Shown here in pieces: positions 35,101 to 50,100 of a stretch of 64,000 nt of DNA. A program made the position numbers and the translations under genes. The notes under the pieces were generated by a model, which saw only the letters and a list, made by a program, of their open reading frames with translations, was not told the DNA's origin and did not search any database. The DNA comes from Eledone cirrhosa (taxonomy: Eukaryota). How positions within the stretch are numbered: the stretch's first letter is position 1; each line of letters opens with the position of its first letter. Location of the stretch: the NCBI GenBank assembly GCA_964016885.1, contig OZ024740.1, positions 211,296,001-211,360,000 on the forward strand, read 5' to 3'.

Positions 35101-38100
35101 TAGCCATGATAGAAGTTTACAATGAAACACTCCCATAAAATGATAGTAGAAGGTAGCCATGATAGAAGTTTACAATGAAAGTCTCCCATCAGTTGATAGT
35201 AGAAGGTAGCCATGATAGAAGTTTACAATTAAAGTCTCCCATAAAATGATAGTAGAAGGTAGCCATGATAGAAGTTTACAATGAAAGTCTCCCATAAAAT
35301 GATAGAAGGTAGCCATGATAGAAGTTTACAATGAAAGTCTCCCATAAAATGATAGTAGAAGGTAGCCATGATAGAAGTTTACAATGAATGTCTCCCATAA
35401 AATGATAGTAGAAGGTAGCTATGATAGAAATTTACAATGAAAGTCTCCCATAAGTTGATGGTAGAAGGTAGCCATGATAGAAGTTTACAATAAAAGTCTC
35501 CCATAAGTTGATAGTAGAAGATAGCCATGATAGAAGTTTACAATGAATGTCTCTCATAAAATAATAGTAGAAGGTAGTCATGATAGAAGTTTACAATGAA
35601 AGTCTCCCATATGTTGATAGTAGAAGGTAGCCATGATAGAAGTTTACAATGAATGTCTCCCATAAAATAATAGTAGAAGGTAGTCATGATAGAAGTTTAC
35701 AATGAAAATCTCCCATAAGTTGATAGTAGAAGGTAGCCATGATAGAAGTTTACAATGAATGTCTTCCATAAAATAATAGTAGAAGGTAGCCATGATAGAA
35801 GTTTACAATGAAAGTCTCCCATAAGTTGATAGTAGAAGGTAGTCATGATAGAAGTTTACAATGAATGTCTCCCATAAAATGATAGTAGAAGGTAGCCATG
35901 ATAGAAGTTTACAATGAAAGTCTCCCATAAAATGATAGTAGAAGGTAGCAATGATAGAAGTTTACAATGAAAGTCTCCCATAAGTTGATAGTAGAAGGTA
36001 GCCATTATAGAAGTTTACAATGAATGTCTCCCATAAAATAATAGTAGAAGGTAGCCATGATAGAAGTTTACAATGAAAGTCTCCCATAAGTTAATAGTAG
36101 AAGGTAGCCATGATAGAAGTTTACAATGAAAGTCTCCCATATGTTGATAGCAGAAGGTAGCCATGATAGAAGTTTACAATGAATGTCTCTCATAAAATAT
36201 TAGTAGAAGGTAGCCATGATAGAAGTTTACAATGAAAGTCTCCCATAAGTTGATAGTAGAAGGTAGCCATGATAGAAGTTTACAATGAAAGTCTCCCATA
36301 TGTTGATAGTAGAAGGTAGCCATGATAGAAGTTTACAATGAAAGTCTCCCATAAGTTGATAGTAGAAGGTAGCGATGATAGAAGTTTACAATGAATGTCT
36401 CTCATAAAATAATAGTAGAAGGTAGCCATGATAGAAGTTTACAATGAAAGTCTCCCATAAGTTAATAGTAGAAGGTAGCCATGATAGAAGTTTACAATGA
36501 AAGTCTCCCATAAGTTAATAGTAGAAGGTAGTCATGATAGAAGTTTACAATGAAAGTCTCCCATAAAATGATAGTAGAAGGTAGCCATGATAGAAGTTTA
36601 CAATGAAAGTCTCCCATAAGTTGATAGTAGAAGGTAGCCATGATAGAAGTTTACAATGAAACACTCCCATAAAATGATAGTAGAAGGTAGCCATGATAGA
36701 AGTTTACAATGAAAGTCTCCCATCAGTTGATAGTAGAAGGTAGCCATGATAGAAGTTTACAATTAAAGTCTCCCATAAAATGATAGTAGAAGGTAGCCAT
36801 GATAGAAGTTTACAATGAAAGTCTCCCATAAAATGATAGAAGGTAGCCATGATAGAAGTTTACAATGAAAGTCTCCCATAAAATGATAGTAGAAGGTAGC
36901 CATGATAGAAGTTTACAATGAATGTCTCCCATAAAATGATAGTAGAAGGTAGCCATGATAGAAATTTACAATGAAAGTCTCCCATAAGTTGATGGTAGAA
37001 GGTAGCCATGATAGAAGTTTACAATAAAAGTCTCCCATAAGTTGATAGTAGAAGATAGCCATGATAGAAGTTTACAATGAATGTCTCTCATAAAATAATA
37101 GTAGAAGGTAGTCATGATAGAAGTTTACAATGAAAGTCTCCCATATGTTGATAGTAGAAGGTAGCCATGATAGAAGTTTACAATGAATGTCTCCCATAAA
37201 ATAATAGTAGAAGGTAGTCATGATAGAAGTTTACAATGAAAGTCTCCCATAAGTTGATAGTAGAAGGTAGCCATGATAGAAGTTAACAATGAATGTCTCC
37301 CATAAAATAATAGTAGAAGGTAGCCATGATAGAAGTTTACAATGAAAGTCTCCCATAAGTTGATAGTAGAAGGTAGTCATGATAGAAGTTTACAATGAAT
37401 GTCTCCCATAAAATGATAGTAGAAGGTAGCCATGATAGAAGTTTACAATGAATGTCTCCCATAAAATAATAGTAGAAGGTAGTCATGATAGAAGTTTACA
37501 ATGAAAGTCTCCCATAAAATGATAGTAGAAGTTAGCCATGATAGAAGTTTACAATGAAAGTGTCCCATAAATTGATAGTAGAAGGTAGCCATGATAGAAG
37601 TTTACAATGAATGCCCCCCATAAGTTGATAGTGAAAGTACCCATGATAGAAGTTTACAATGAAAATCTCCCATAAGTTGATGGTAGAACGTAGCCATGAT
37701 AGAAGTTTACAATGAAAGTCTCCCATAAAATGATAGTAGAAGGTTGTCATGATAGAAGTTTACAATGAAAGTCTCCCATAAAATGATAGTAGAAGGTAGC
37801 CATGATAGAAGTTTACAATGAAAGTGTCCCATAAATTGATAGTAGAAGGTAGCCATGATAGAAGTTTACAATGAAAGTCCCCCATAAGTTGATAGTAGAA
37901 GGTAGCCATGATAGAAGTTTACAATGAAAGTCTCCCATTAAATGATAGTAGAAGGTAGCCATGATAGAAGTTTACAATTAAAGACTCCCATAAAATGATA
38001 GTAGAAGGTAGCCATGATAGAAGTTTACAATAAAAGTCTCCGATAAGTTATTAGTAGAAGGTAGCCATGATAGAAGTTTACAATGAAAGTCTCCCATAAG

Positions 38101-41100
38101 TTGATAGTAGAAGGTAGTCTTGATAGAAGTTTACGATGAAAGTCTCCCATAAATTGAGAGTAGAAGGTAGCCATGAGAGAAGTTTACAATGAAAGTCTCC
38201 CATAAGTTGATAGTAGAAGTTAGCCATGATAGAAGTTTACAATGAAAGTCTCCCATAAGCTGATAGTAGAAGGTAGCGATGATAGAAGTTTACAATGAAA
38301 GTCTCCCATAAATTGAGAGTAGAAGGTAGCCATGATAGAAGTTTACAATGAAAGTCTCCGATAAGTTGATAGTAGAAGGTAGCCATGATAGAAGTTTACA
38401 ATGAAAGTCTACCATAAGTTGATAGTAGAAGGTAGCCATGATAGAAGTTTACAATGAAACACTCCCATAAAATGATAGTAGAAGGTAGCCATGATAGAAG
38501 TTTACAATGAATGTCTCTCATGAAATAATAGTAGAAGGTAGTCATGATAGAAGTTTACAATGAAAGTCTCTCATAAGTTGATAGTAGAAGGTAGCCATGA
38601 TAGAAGTTTACAATGAAAGTCTCCCATAAGTTGATAGCAGAAGGTAGCCATGATAGAAGTTTACAATGAAAATCTCCCATAAGTTGATAGTAGAAGGTAG
38701 CCATGGTAGAAGTTTAAAATGAAAGTCTCCCTTAAAATGATAGTAGAAGGTAGCCATGGTAGAAGTTTACAATGAAAGTCTCCCATAAGCTGATAGTAGA
38801 AGATAGCGATGATAGAAGTTTACAATGAAAGTCTCCTATAAATTGATAGTAGAAGGTAGCCATGATAGAAGTTTACAATGAAAGTCTCCCATAAGTTGGT
38901 AGTAGAAGGTAGCCATGATTGAAGTTTACAATGAAAGTCTCCCATAAGTTGGTAGTAGAAGGTAGCCATGATTGAAGTTTACAATGAAAGTCTCCCATAA
39001 GTTGGTAGTAGAAGGTAGCCAGGATAGAAGTTTACAATGAATGCCTCCCATAAAATAATAGTAGAAGGTAGCCATGATAGAAGTTTACAATCAAAGTCTC
39101 CCATAAGTTAATAGTAGAAGCTAGCCATGGTAGAAGTTTACAATGAAAGTCCCCCATAAGTTGATAGTAGAAGGTAGCCATGATAGAAGTTTACAATAAA
39201 TGTCTCCCATAAAATGATAGTAGAAGGTAGCCATGATAGAAGTTTACAATGAAAGTCTCCCATAAAATGATAGTAGAAGGTAGCAATGATAGAAGTTTAC
39301 AATGAAAGTCTCCCATAAGTTGATAGTAGAAGGTAGCCATTATAGAAGTTTACAATGAATGTCTCCCATAAAATAATAGTAGAAGGTAGCCATGATAGAA
39401 GTTTACAATGAAAGTCTCCCATAAGTTAATAGTAGAAGGCAGCCATGATAGAAGTTTACAATGAAAGTCTCCCATATGTTGATAGCAGAAGGTAGCCATG
39501 ATAGAAGTTTACAATGAATGTCTCTCATAAAATATTAGTAGAAGGTAGCCATGATAGAAGTTTACAATGAAAGTCTCCCATAAGTTGATAGTAGAAGGTA
39601 GCCATGATAGAAGTTTACAATGAAAGTCTCCCATATGTTGATAGTACAAGGTAGCCATGATAGAAGTTTACAATGAAAGTCTCCCATAAGTTGATAGTAG
39701 AAGGTAGCGATGATAGAAGTTTACAATGAATGTCTCTCATAAAATAATAGTAGAAGGTAGCCATGATAGAAGTTTACAATGAATGTCTCCCATAAAATAA
39801 TAGTAGAAGGTAGCCATGATAGAAGTTTACAATGAAAGTCTCCCATAAGTTAATAGTAGAAGGCAGCCATGATAGAAGTTTACAATGAAAGTCTCCCATA
39901 TGTTGATAGCAGAAGGTAGCCATGATAGAAGTTTACAATGAAAGTCTCCCATAAAATGATAGTAGAAGGTAGCCATGATAGAAGTTTACAATGAAAGTCT
40001 CCCATAAAATGATAGTAGAAGGTAGCCATGATAGAAGTTTACAATGAAAGTCTACCATAAGTTGATAGTAGAAGGTAGCCATGATAGAAGTTTACAATGA
40101 AAGTCTCCCATAAAATGATAGTAGAAGGTAGCCATGATAGAAGTTTATAATGAAAGTCTCCCATAAGTTGATAGTAGAAGGTAGCCATGATAGCAGTTTA
40201 CAATTAAAGTCTCTCATAAAATAATAGTAGAAGGTAGCCATGATAGAAGTTTACAATTAAAGTCTCTCATAAAATAATAGTAGAAGGTAGCCATGATAGA
40301 AGTTTACAATGAAAGTCTCACATAAGTTGATAGTAGAAGGTAGCCATGATAGAAGTTTACAATGAAAGTCTCCCATAAAATGATAGTAGAAGGTGGCCAT
40401 GATAGAAGTTTACAATGAAAGTCTCCCATAAAATGATAGTAGAAGGTGGCCATGATAGAAGTTTACAATGAAAGTCTCCCATAAGTTGATAGTAGAAGGT
40501 AGCCATGATGGAAGTTTACAATGAATGCCCCCCATAAGTTGATAGAGAAGGTACCCATGATAGAAGTTTACAATGAAAATCTCCCATAAGTTGATGGTAG
40601 AATGTAGCCATGATAGAAGTTTACAATGAAAGTCTCCCATAAAATGATAGTAGAAGGTAGTCATGATAGAAGTTTACAATGAAAGTCTCCCATAAAATGA
40701 TAGTAGAAGGTAGCCATGATAGAAGTTTACAATGAAAGTGTCCCATAAATTGATAGTAGAAGGTAGCCATGATAGAAGTTTACAATGAAAGTCTCCCATA
40801 AGTTGATAGTAGAAGGTAGTCTTGATAGAAGTTTACGATGAAAGTCTCCCATAAATTGAGAGTAGAAGGTAGCCATGAGAGAAGTTTACAATGAAAGTCT
40901 CCCATAAGTTGATAGTAGAAGGTAGCCATGATAGAAGTTTACAATGAATGCCTCCCATAAGTTGATAGTAGAAGTTAGCCATGATAGAAGTTTACAATGA
41001 AAGTCTCCCATAAAATGATAGTAGAAGGTAGCCATGATAGAAGTTTACAATGAAAGTGTCCCATAAATTGATAGTAGAAGGTAGCCATGATAGAAGTTTA

Positions 41101-44100
41101 CAATGAAAGTCCCCCATAAGTTGATAGTAGAAGGTAGCCATGATAGAAGTTTACAATGAAAGTCTCCCATTAAATGATAGTAGAAGGTAGCCATGATAGA
41201 AGTTTACAATTAAAGACTCCCATAAAATGATAGTAGAAGGTAGCCATGATAGAAGTTTACAATAAAAGTCTCCGATAAGTTATTAGTAGAAGGTAGCCAT
41301 GATAGAAGTTTACAATGAAAGTCTCCCATAAGTTGATAGTAGAAGGTAGTCTTGATAGAAGTTTACGATGAAAGTCTCCCATAAATTGAGAGTAGAAGGT
41401 AGCCATGAGAGAAGTTTACAATGAAAGTCTCCCATAAGTTGATAGTAGAAGTTAGCCATGATAGAAGTTTACAATGAAAGTCTCCCATAAGCTGATAGTA
41501 GAAGGTAGCGATGATAGAAGTTTACAATGAAAGTCTCCCATAAATTGAGAGTAGAAGGTAGCCATGATAGAAGTTTACAATGAAAGTCTCCGATAAGTTG
41601 ATAGTAGAAGGTAGCCATGATAGAAGTTTACAATGAAAGTCTACCATAAGTTGATAGTAGAAGGTAGCCATGATAGAAGTTTACAATGAAACACTCCCAT
41701 AAAATGATAGTAGAAGGTAGCCATGATAGAAGTTTACAATGAATGTCTCTCATGAAATAATAGTAGAAGGTAGTCATGATAGAAGTTTACAATGAAAGTC
41801 TCTCATAAGTTGATAGTAGAAGGTAGCCATGATAGAAGTTTACAATGAAAGTCTCCCATAAGTTGATAGCAGAAGGTAGCCATGATAGAAGTTTACAATG
41901 AAAATCTCCCATAAATTGATAGTAGAAGGTAGCCATGATAGAAGTTTACAATGAAAGTCTCCCATAAGTTGATAGTAGAAGGTAGCCATGGTAGAAGTTT
42001 AAAATGAAAGTCTCCCTTAAAATGATAGTAGAAGGTAGCCATGGTAGAAGTTTACAATGAAAGTCTCCCATAAGCTGATAGTAGAAGATAGCGATGATAG
42101 AAGTTTACAATGAAAGTCTCCTATAAATTGATAGTAGAAGGTAGCCATGATAGAAGTTTACAATGAAAGTCTCCCATAAGTTGGTAGTAGAAGGTAGCCA
42201 TGATTGAAGTTTACAATGAAAGTCTCCCATAAGTTGGTAGTAGAAGGTAGCCATGATTGAAGTTTACAATGAAAGTCTCCCATAAGTTGGTAGTAGAAGG
42301 TAGCCAGGATAGAAGTTTACAATGAATGCCTCCCATAAAATAATAGTAGAAGGTAGCCATGATAGAAGTTTACAATGAAAGTCCTCCATAAGTTGATAGT
42401 AGAAGGTAGCCATGATAGAAGTTTACAATAAATGTCTCCCATAAAATGATAGTAGAAGGTAGCCATGATAGAAGTTTACAATGAAAGTCTCCCATAAAAT
42501 GATAGTAGAAGGTAGCAATGATAGAAGTTTACAATGAAAGTCTCCCATAAGTTGATAGTAGAAGGTAGCCATTATAGAAGTTTACAATGAATGTCTCCCA
42601 TAAAATAATAGTAGAAGGTAGCCATGATAGAAGTTTACAATGAAAGTCTCCCATAAGTTAATAGTAGAAGGCAGCCATGATAGAAGTTTACAATGAAAGT
42701 CTCCCATATGTTGATAGCAGAAGGTAGCCATGATAGAAGTTTACAATGAATGTCTCTCATAAAATATTAGTAGAAGGTAGCCATGATAGAAGTTTACAAT
42801 GAAAGTCTCCCATAAGTTGATAGTAGAAGGTAGCCATGATAGAAGTTTACAATGAATGTCTCTCATAAAATAATAGTAGAAGGTAGCCATGATAGAAGTT
42901 TACAATGAATGTCTCCCATAAAATAATAGTAGAAGGTAGCCATGATAGAAGTTTACGATGAAAGTCTCCCATAAGTTAATAGTAGAAGGCAGCCATGATA
43001 GAAGTTTACAATGAAAGTCCCCCATAAGTTGATAGTAGAAGGTAGCCATGATAGAAGTTTACAATAAATGTCTCCCATAAAATGATAGTAGAAGGTAGCC
43101 ATGATAGAAGTTTACAATGAAAGTCTCCCATAAAATGATAGTAGAAGGTAGCAATGATAGAAGTTTACAATGAAAGTCTCCCATAAGTTGATAGTAGAAG
43201 GTAGCCATTATAGAAGTTTACAATGAATGTCTCCCATAAAATAATAGTAGAAGGTAGCCATGATAGAAGTTTACAATGAAAGTCTCCCATAAGTTAATAG
43301 TAGAAGGCAGCCATGATAGAAGTTTACAATGAAAGTCTCCCATATGTTGATAGCAGAAGGTAGCCATGATAGAAGTTTACAATGAATGTCTCTCATAAAA
43401 TATTAGTAGAAGGTAGCCATGATAGAAGTTTACAATGAAAGTCTCCCATAAGTTGATAGTAGAAGGTAGCGATGATAGAAGTTTACAATGAATGTCTCTC
43501 ATAAAATAATAGTAGAAGGTAGCCATGATAGAAGTTTACAATGAATGTCTCCCATAAAATAATAGTAGAAGGTAGCCATGATAGAAGTTTACAATGAAAG
43601 TCTCCCATAAGTTAATAGTAGAAGGCAGCCATGATAGAAGTTTACAATGAAAGTCTCCTATAAGTTGATAGTAGAAGGTAGCCATGATAGAAGTTTACAA
43701 TGAATGTCTCCCATAAAATAATAGTAGAAGGTAGCCATGATAGAAGTTTACAATGAAAGTCTCCCATAAGTTAATAGTAGAAGGCAGCCATGATAGAAGT
43801 TTACAATGAAAGTCTCCCATAAGTTGATAGTAGAAGGTAGCCATGATAGAAGTTTACAATGAATGTCTCTCATAAAATAATAGTAGAAGGTAGCCATGAT
43901 AGAAGTTTACAATGAATGTCTCCCATAAAATAATAGTAGAAGGTAGCCATGATAGAAGTTTACAATGAAAGTCTCCCATAAGTTAATAGTAGAAGGCAGC
44001 CATGATAGAAGTTTACAATGAAAGTCCCCCATAAGTTGATAGTAGAAGGTAGCCATGATAGAAGTTTACAATAAATGTCTCCCATAAAATGATAGTAGAA

Positions 44101-47100
44101 GGTAGCCATGATAGAAGTTTACAATGAAAGTCTCCCATAAAATGATAGTAGAAGGTAGCAATGATAGAAGTTTACAATGAAAGTCTCCCATAAGTTGATA
44201 GTAGAAGGTAGCCATTATAGAAGTTTACAATGAATGTCTCCCATAAAATAATAGTAGAAGGTAGCCATGATAGAAGTTTACAATGAAAGTCTCCCATAAG
44301 TTAATAGTAGAAGGCAGCCATGATAGAAGTTTACAATGAAAGTCTCCCATATGTTGATAGCAGAAGGTAGCCATGATAGAAGTTTACAATGAATGTCTCT
44401 CATAAAATATTAGTAGAAGGTAGCCATGATAGAAGTTTACAATGAAAGTCTCCCATAAGTTGATAGTAGAAGGTAGCGATGATAGAAGTTTACAATGAAT
44501 GTCTCTCATAAAATAATAGTAGAAGGTAGCCATGATAGAAGTTTACAATGAATGTCTCCCATAAAATAATAGTAGAAGGTAGCCATGATAGAAGTTTACA
44601 ATGAAAGTCTCCCATAAGTTAATAGTAGAAGGCAGCCATGATAGAAGTTTACAATGAAAGTCTCCCATATGTTGATAGCAGAAGGTAGCCATGATAGAAG
44701 TTTACAATGAAAGTCTCCCATAAAATGATAGTAGAAGGTAGCCATGATAGAAGTTTACAATGAAAGTCTCCCATAAAATGATAGTAGAAGGTAGCCATGA
44801 TAGAAGTTTACAATGAAAGTCTCCCATAAAATGATAGTAGAAGGTAGCCATGATAGAAGTTTACAATGAAAGTCTACCATAAGTTGATAGTAGAAGGTAG
44901 CCATGATAGAAGTTTACAATGAAAGTCTCCCATAAAATGATAGTAGAAGGTAGCCATGATAGAAGTTTATAATGAAAGTCTCCCATAAGTTGATAGTAGA
45001 AGGTAGCCATGATAGCAGTTTACAATTAAAGTCTCTCATAAAATAATAGTAGAAGGTAGCCATGATAGAAGTTTACAATTAAAGTCTCTCATAAAATAAT
45101 AGTAGAAGGTAGCCATGATAGAAGTTTACAATGAAAGTCTCACATAAGTTGATAGTAGAAGGTAGCCATGATAGAAGTTTACAATGAAAGTCTCCCATAA
45201 AATGATAGTAGAAGGTGGCCATGATAGAAGTTTACAATGAAAGTCTCCCATAAAATGATAGTAGAAGGTGGCCATGATAGAAGTTTACAATGAAAGTCTC
45301 CCATAAGTTGATAGTAGAAGGTAGCCATGATGGAAGTTTACAATGAATGCCCCCCATAAGTTGATAGAGAAGGTACCCATGATAGAAGTTTACAATGAAA
45401 ATCTCCCATAAGTTGATGGTAGAATGTAGCCATGATAGAAGTTTACAATGAAAGTCTCCCATAAAATGATAGTAGAAGGTAGTCATGATAGAAGTTTACA
45501 ATGAAAGTCTCCCATAAAATGATAGTAGAAGGTAGCCATGATAGAAGTTTACAATGAAAGTCTCCCATAAGTTGATAGTAGAAGGTAGTCTTGATAGAAG
45601 TTTACGATGAAAGTCTCCCATAAATTGAGAGTAGAAGGTAGCCATGAGAGAAGTTTACAATGAAAGTCTCCCATAAGTTGATAGTAGAAGGTAGCCATGA
45701 TAGAAGTTTACAATGAATGCCTCCCATAAGTTGATAGTAGAAGTTAGCCATGATAGAAGTTTACAATGAAAGTCTCCCATAAGCTGATAGTAGAAGGTAG
45801 CGATGATAGAAGTTTACAATGAAAGTCTCCCATAAATTGAGAGTAGAAGGTAGCCATGATAGAAGTTTACAATGAAAGTCTCCGATAAGTTGATAGTAGA
45901 AGGTAGCCATGATAGAAGTTTACAATGAAAGTCTACCATAAGTTGATAGTAGAAGGTAGCCATGATAGAAGTTTACAATGAAACACTCCCATAAAATGAT
46001 AGTAGAAGGTAGCCATGATAGAAGTTTACAATGAATGTCTCTCATGAAATAATAGTAGAAGGTAGTCATGATAGAAGTTTACAATGAAAGTCTCTCATAA
46101 GTTGATAGTAGAAGGTAGCCATGATAGAAGTTTACAATGAAAGTCTCCCATAAGTTGATAGCAGAAGGTAGCCATGATAGAAGTTTACAATGAAAATCTC
46201 CCATAAATTGATAGTAGAAGGTAGCCATGATAGAAGTTTACAATGAAAGTCTCCCATAAGTTGATAGTAGAAGGTAGCCATGGTAGAAGTTTAAAATGAA
46301 AGTCTCCCTTAAAATGATAGTAGAAGGTAGCCATGGTAGAAGTTTACAATGAAAGTCTCCCATAAGCTGATAGTAGAAGATAGCGATGATAGAAGTTTAC
46401 AATGAAAGTCTCCTATAAATTGATAGTAGAAGGTAGCCATGATAGAAGTTTACAATGAAAGTCTCCCATAAGTTGGTAGTAGAAGGTAGCCATGATTGAA
46501 GTTTACAATGAAAGTCTCCCATAAGTTGGTAGTAGAAGGTAGCCATGATTGAAGTTTACAATGAAAGTCTCCCATAAGTTGGTAGTAGAAGGTAGCCATG
46601 ATAGAAGTTTACAATGAATGCCTCCCATAAAATAATAGTAGAAGGTAGCCATGATAGAAGTTTACAATCAAAGTCTCCCATAAGTTAATAGTAGAAGCTA
46701 GCCATGGTAGAAGTTTACAATGAAAGTCCCCCATAAGTTGATAGTAGAAGGTAGCCATGATAGAAGTTTACAATAAATGTCTCGCATAAAATGATAGTAG
46801 AAGGTAGCCATGATAGAAGTTTACAATGAAAGTCTCCCATAAAATGATAGTAGAAGGTAGCAATGATAGAAGTTTACAATGAAAGTCTCCCATAAGTTGA
46901 TAGTAGAAGGTAGCCATTATAGAAGTTTACAATGAATGTCTCCCATAAAATAATAGTAGAAGGTAGCCATGATAGAAGTTTACAATGAAAGTCTCCCATA
47001 AGTTAATAGTAGAAGGCAGCCATGATAGAAGTTTACAATGAAAGTCTCCCATATGTTGATAGCAGAAGGTAGCCATGATAGAAGTTTACAATGAATGTCT

Positions 47101-50100
47101 CTCATAAAATATTAGTAGAAGGTAGCCATGATAGAAGTTTACAATGAAAGTCTCCCATAAGTTGATAGTAGAAGGTAGCCATGATAGAAGTTTACAATGA
47201 AAGTCTCCCATATGTTGATAGTACAAGGTAGCCATGATAGAAGTTTACAATGAAAGTCTCCCATAAGTTGATAGTAGAAGGTAGCGATGATAGAAGTTTA
47301 CAATGAATGTCTCTCATAAAATAATAGTAGAAGGTAGCCATGATAGAAGTTTACAATGAATGTCTCCCATAAAATAATAGTAGAAGGTAGCCATGATAGA
47401 AGTTTACAATGAAAGTCTCCCATAAGTTAATAGTAGAAGGCAGCCATGATAGAAGTTTACAATGAAAGTCTCCCATATGTTGATAGCAGAAGGTAGCCAT
47501 GATAGAAGTTTACAATGAAAGTCTCCCATAAAATGATAGTAGAAGGTAGCCATGATAGAAGTTTACAATGAAAGTCTCCCATAAAATGATAGTAGAAGGT
47601 AGCCATGATAGAAGTTTACAATGAAAGTCTACCATAAGTTGATAGTAGAAGGTAGCCATGATAGAAGTTTACAATGAAAGTCTCCCATAAAATGATAGTA
47701 GAAGGTAGCCATGATAGAAGTTTATAATGAAAGTCTCCCATAAGTTGATAGTAGAAGGTAGCCATGATAGCAGTTTACAATTAAAGTCTCTCATAAAATA
47801 ATAGTAGAAGGTAGCCATGATAGAAGTTTACAATGAAAGTCTCACATAAGTTGATAGTAGAAGGTAGCCATGATAGAAGTTTACAATGAAAGTCTCCCAT
47901 AAAATGATAGTAGAAGGTGGCCATGATAGAAGTTTACAATGAAAGTCTCCCATAAAATGATAGTAGAAGGTGGCCATGATAGAAGTTTACAATGAAAGTC
48001 TCCCATAAGTTGATAGTAGAAGGTAGCCATGATGGAAGTTTACAATGAATGCCCCCCATAAGTTGATAGAGAAGGTACCCATGATAGAAGTTTACAATGA
48101 AAATCTCCCATAAGTTGATGGTAGAATGTAGCCATGATAGAAGTTTACAATGAAAGTCTCCCATAAAATGATAGTAGAAGGTAGTCATGATAGAAGTTTA
48201 CAATGAAAGTCTCCCATAAAATGATAGTAGAAGGTAGCCATGATAGAAGTTTACAATGAAAGTGTCCCATAAATTGATAGTAGAAGGTAGCCATGATAGA
48301 AGTTTACAATGAAAGTCCCCCATAAGTTGATAGTAGAAGGTAGCCATGATAGAAGTTTACAATGAAAGTCTCCCATTAAATGATAGTAGAAGGTAGCCAT
48401 GATAGAAGTTTACAATTAAAGACTCCCATAAAATGATAGTAGAAGGTAGCCATGATAGAAGTTTACAATAAAAGTCTCCGATAAGTTATTAGTAGAAGGT
48501 AGCCATGATAGAAGTTTACAATGAAAGTCTCCCATAAGTTGATAGTAGAAGGTAGTCTTGATAGAAGTTTACGATGAAAGTCTCCCATAAATTGAGAGTA
48601 GAAGGTAGCCATGAGAGAAGTTTACAATGAAAGTCTCCCATAAGTTGATAGTAGAAGGTAGCCATGATAGAAGTTTACAATGAATGCCTCCCATAAGTTG
48701 ATAGTAGAAGTTAGCCATGATAGAAGTTTACAATGAAAGTCTCCCATAAGCTGATAGTAGAAGGTAGTGATGATAGAAGTTTACAATGAAAGTCTCCCAT
48801 AAATTGAGAGTAGAAGGTAGCCATGATAGAAGTTTACAATGAAAGTCTCCGATAAGTTGATAGTAGAAGGTAGCCATGATAGAAGTGTACAATGAAAGTC
48901 TACCATAAGTTGATAGTAGAAGGTAGCCATGATAGAAGTTTACAATGAAACACTCCCATAAAATGATAGTAGAAGGTAGCCATGATAGAAGTTTACAATG
49001 AATGTCTCTCATGAAATAATAGTAGAAGGTAGTCATGATAGAAGTTTACAATGAAAGTCTCTCATAAGTTGATAGTAGAAGGTAGCCATGATAGAAGTTT
49101 ACAATGAAAGTCTCCCATAAGTTGATAGCAGAAGGTAGCCATGATAGAAGTTTACAATGAAAATCTCCCATAAATTGATAGTAGAAGGTAGCCATGATAC
49201 AAGTTTACAATGAAAGTCTCCCATAAGTTGATAGTAGAAGGTAGCCATGGTAGAAGTTTAAAATGAAAGTCTCCCTTAAAATGATAGTAGAAGGTAGCCA
49301 TGGTAGAAGTTTACAATGAAAGTCTCCCATAAGCTGATAGTAGAAGATAGCGATGATAGAAGTTTACAATGAAAGTCTCCTATAAATTGATAGTAGAAGG
49401 TAGCCATGATAGAAGTTTACAATGAAAGTCTCCCATAAGTTGGTAGTAGAAGGTAGCCATGATTGAAGTTTACAATGAAAGTCTCCCATAAGTTGGTAGT
49501 AGAAGGTAGCCATGATTGAAGTTTACAATGAAAGTCTCCCATAAGTTGGTAGTAGAAGGTAGCCATGATAGAAGTTTACAATGAATGCCTCCCATAAAAT
49601 AATAGTAGAATGTAGCCATGATAGAAGTTTACAATCAAAGTCTCCCATAAGTTAATAGTAGAAGCTAGCCATGGTAGAAGTTTACAATGAAAGTCTACCA
49701 TAAGTTGATAGTAGAAGGTTTCCATGATAGAAGTTTACAATGAAAGTCCCCCATAAGTTGATAGTAGAAGGTAGCCATGATAGAAGTTTACAATAAATGT
49801 CTCCCATAAAATGATAGTAGAAGGTAGCCATGATAGAAGTTTACAATGAAAGTCTCCCATAAAATGATAGTAGAAGGTAGCAATGATAGAAGTTTACAAT
49901 GAAAGTCTCCCATAAGTTGATAGTAGAAGGTAGCCATTATAGAAGTTTACAATGAATGTCTCCCATAAAATAATAGTAGAAGGTAGCCATGATAGAAGTT
50001 TACAATGAAAGTCTCCCATAAGTTAATAGTAGAAGGTAGCCATGATAGAAGTTTACAATGAAAGTCTCCCATATGTTGATAGCAGAAGGTAGCCATGATA

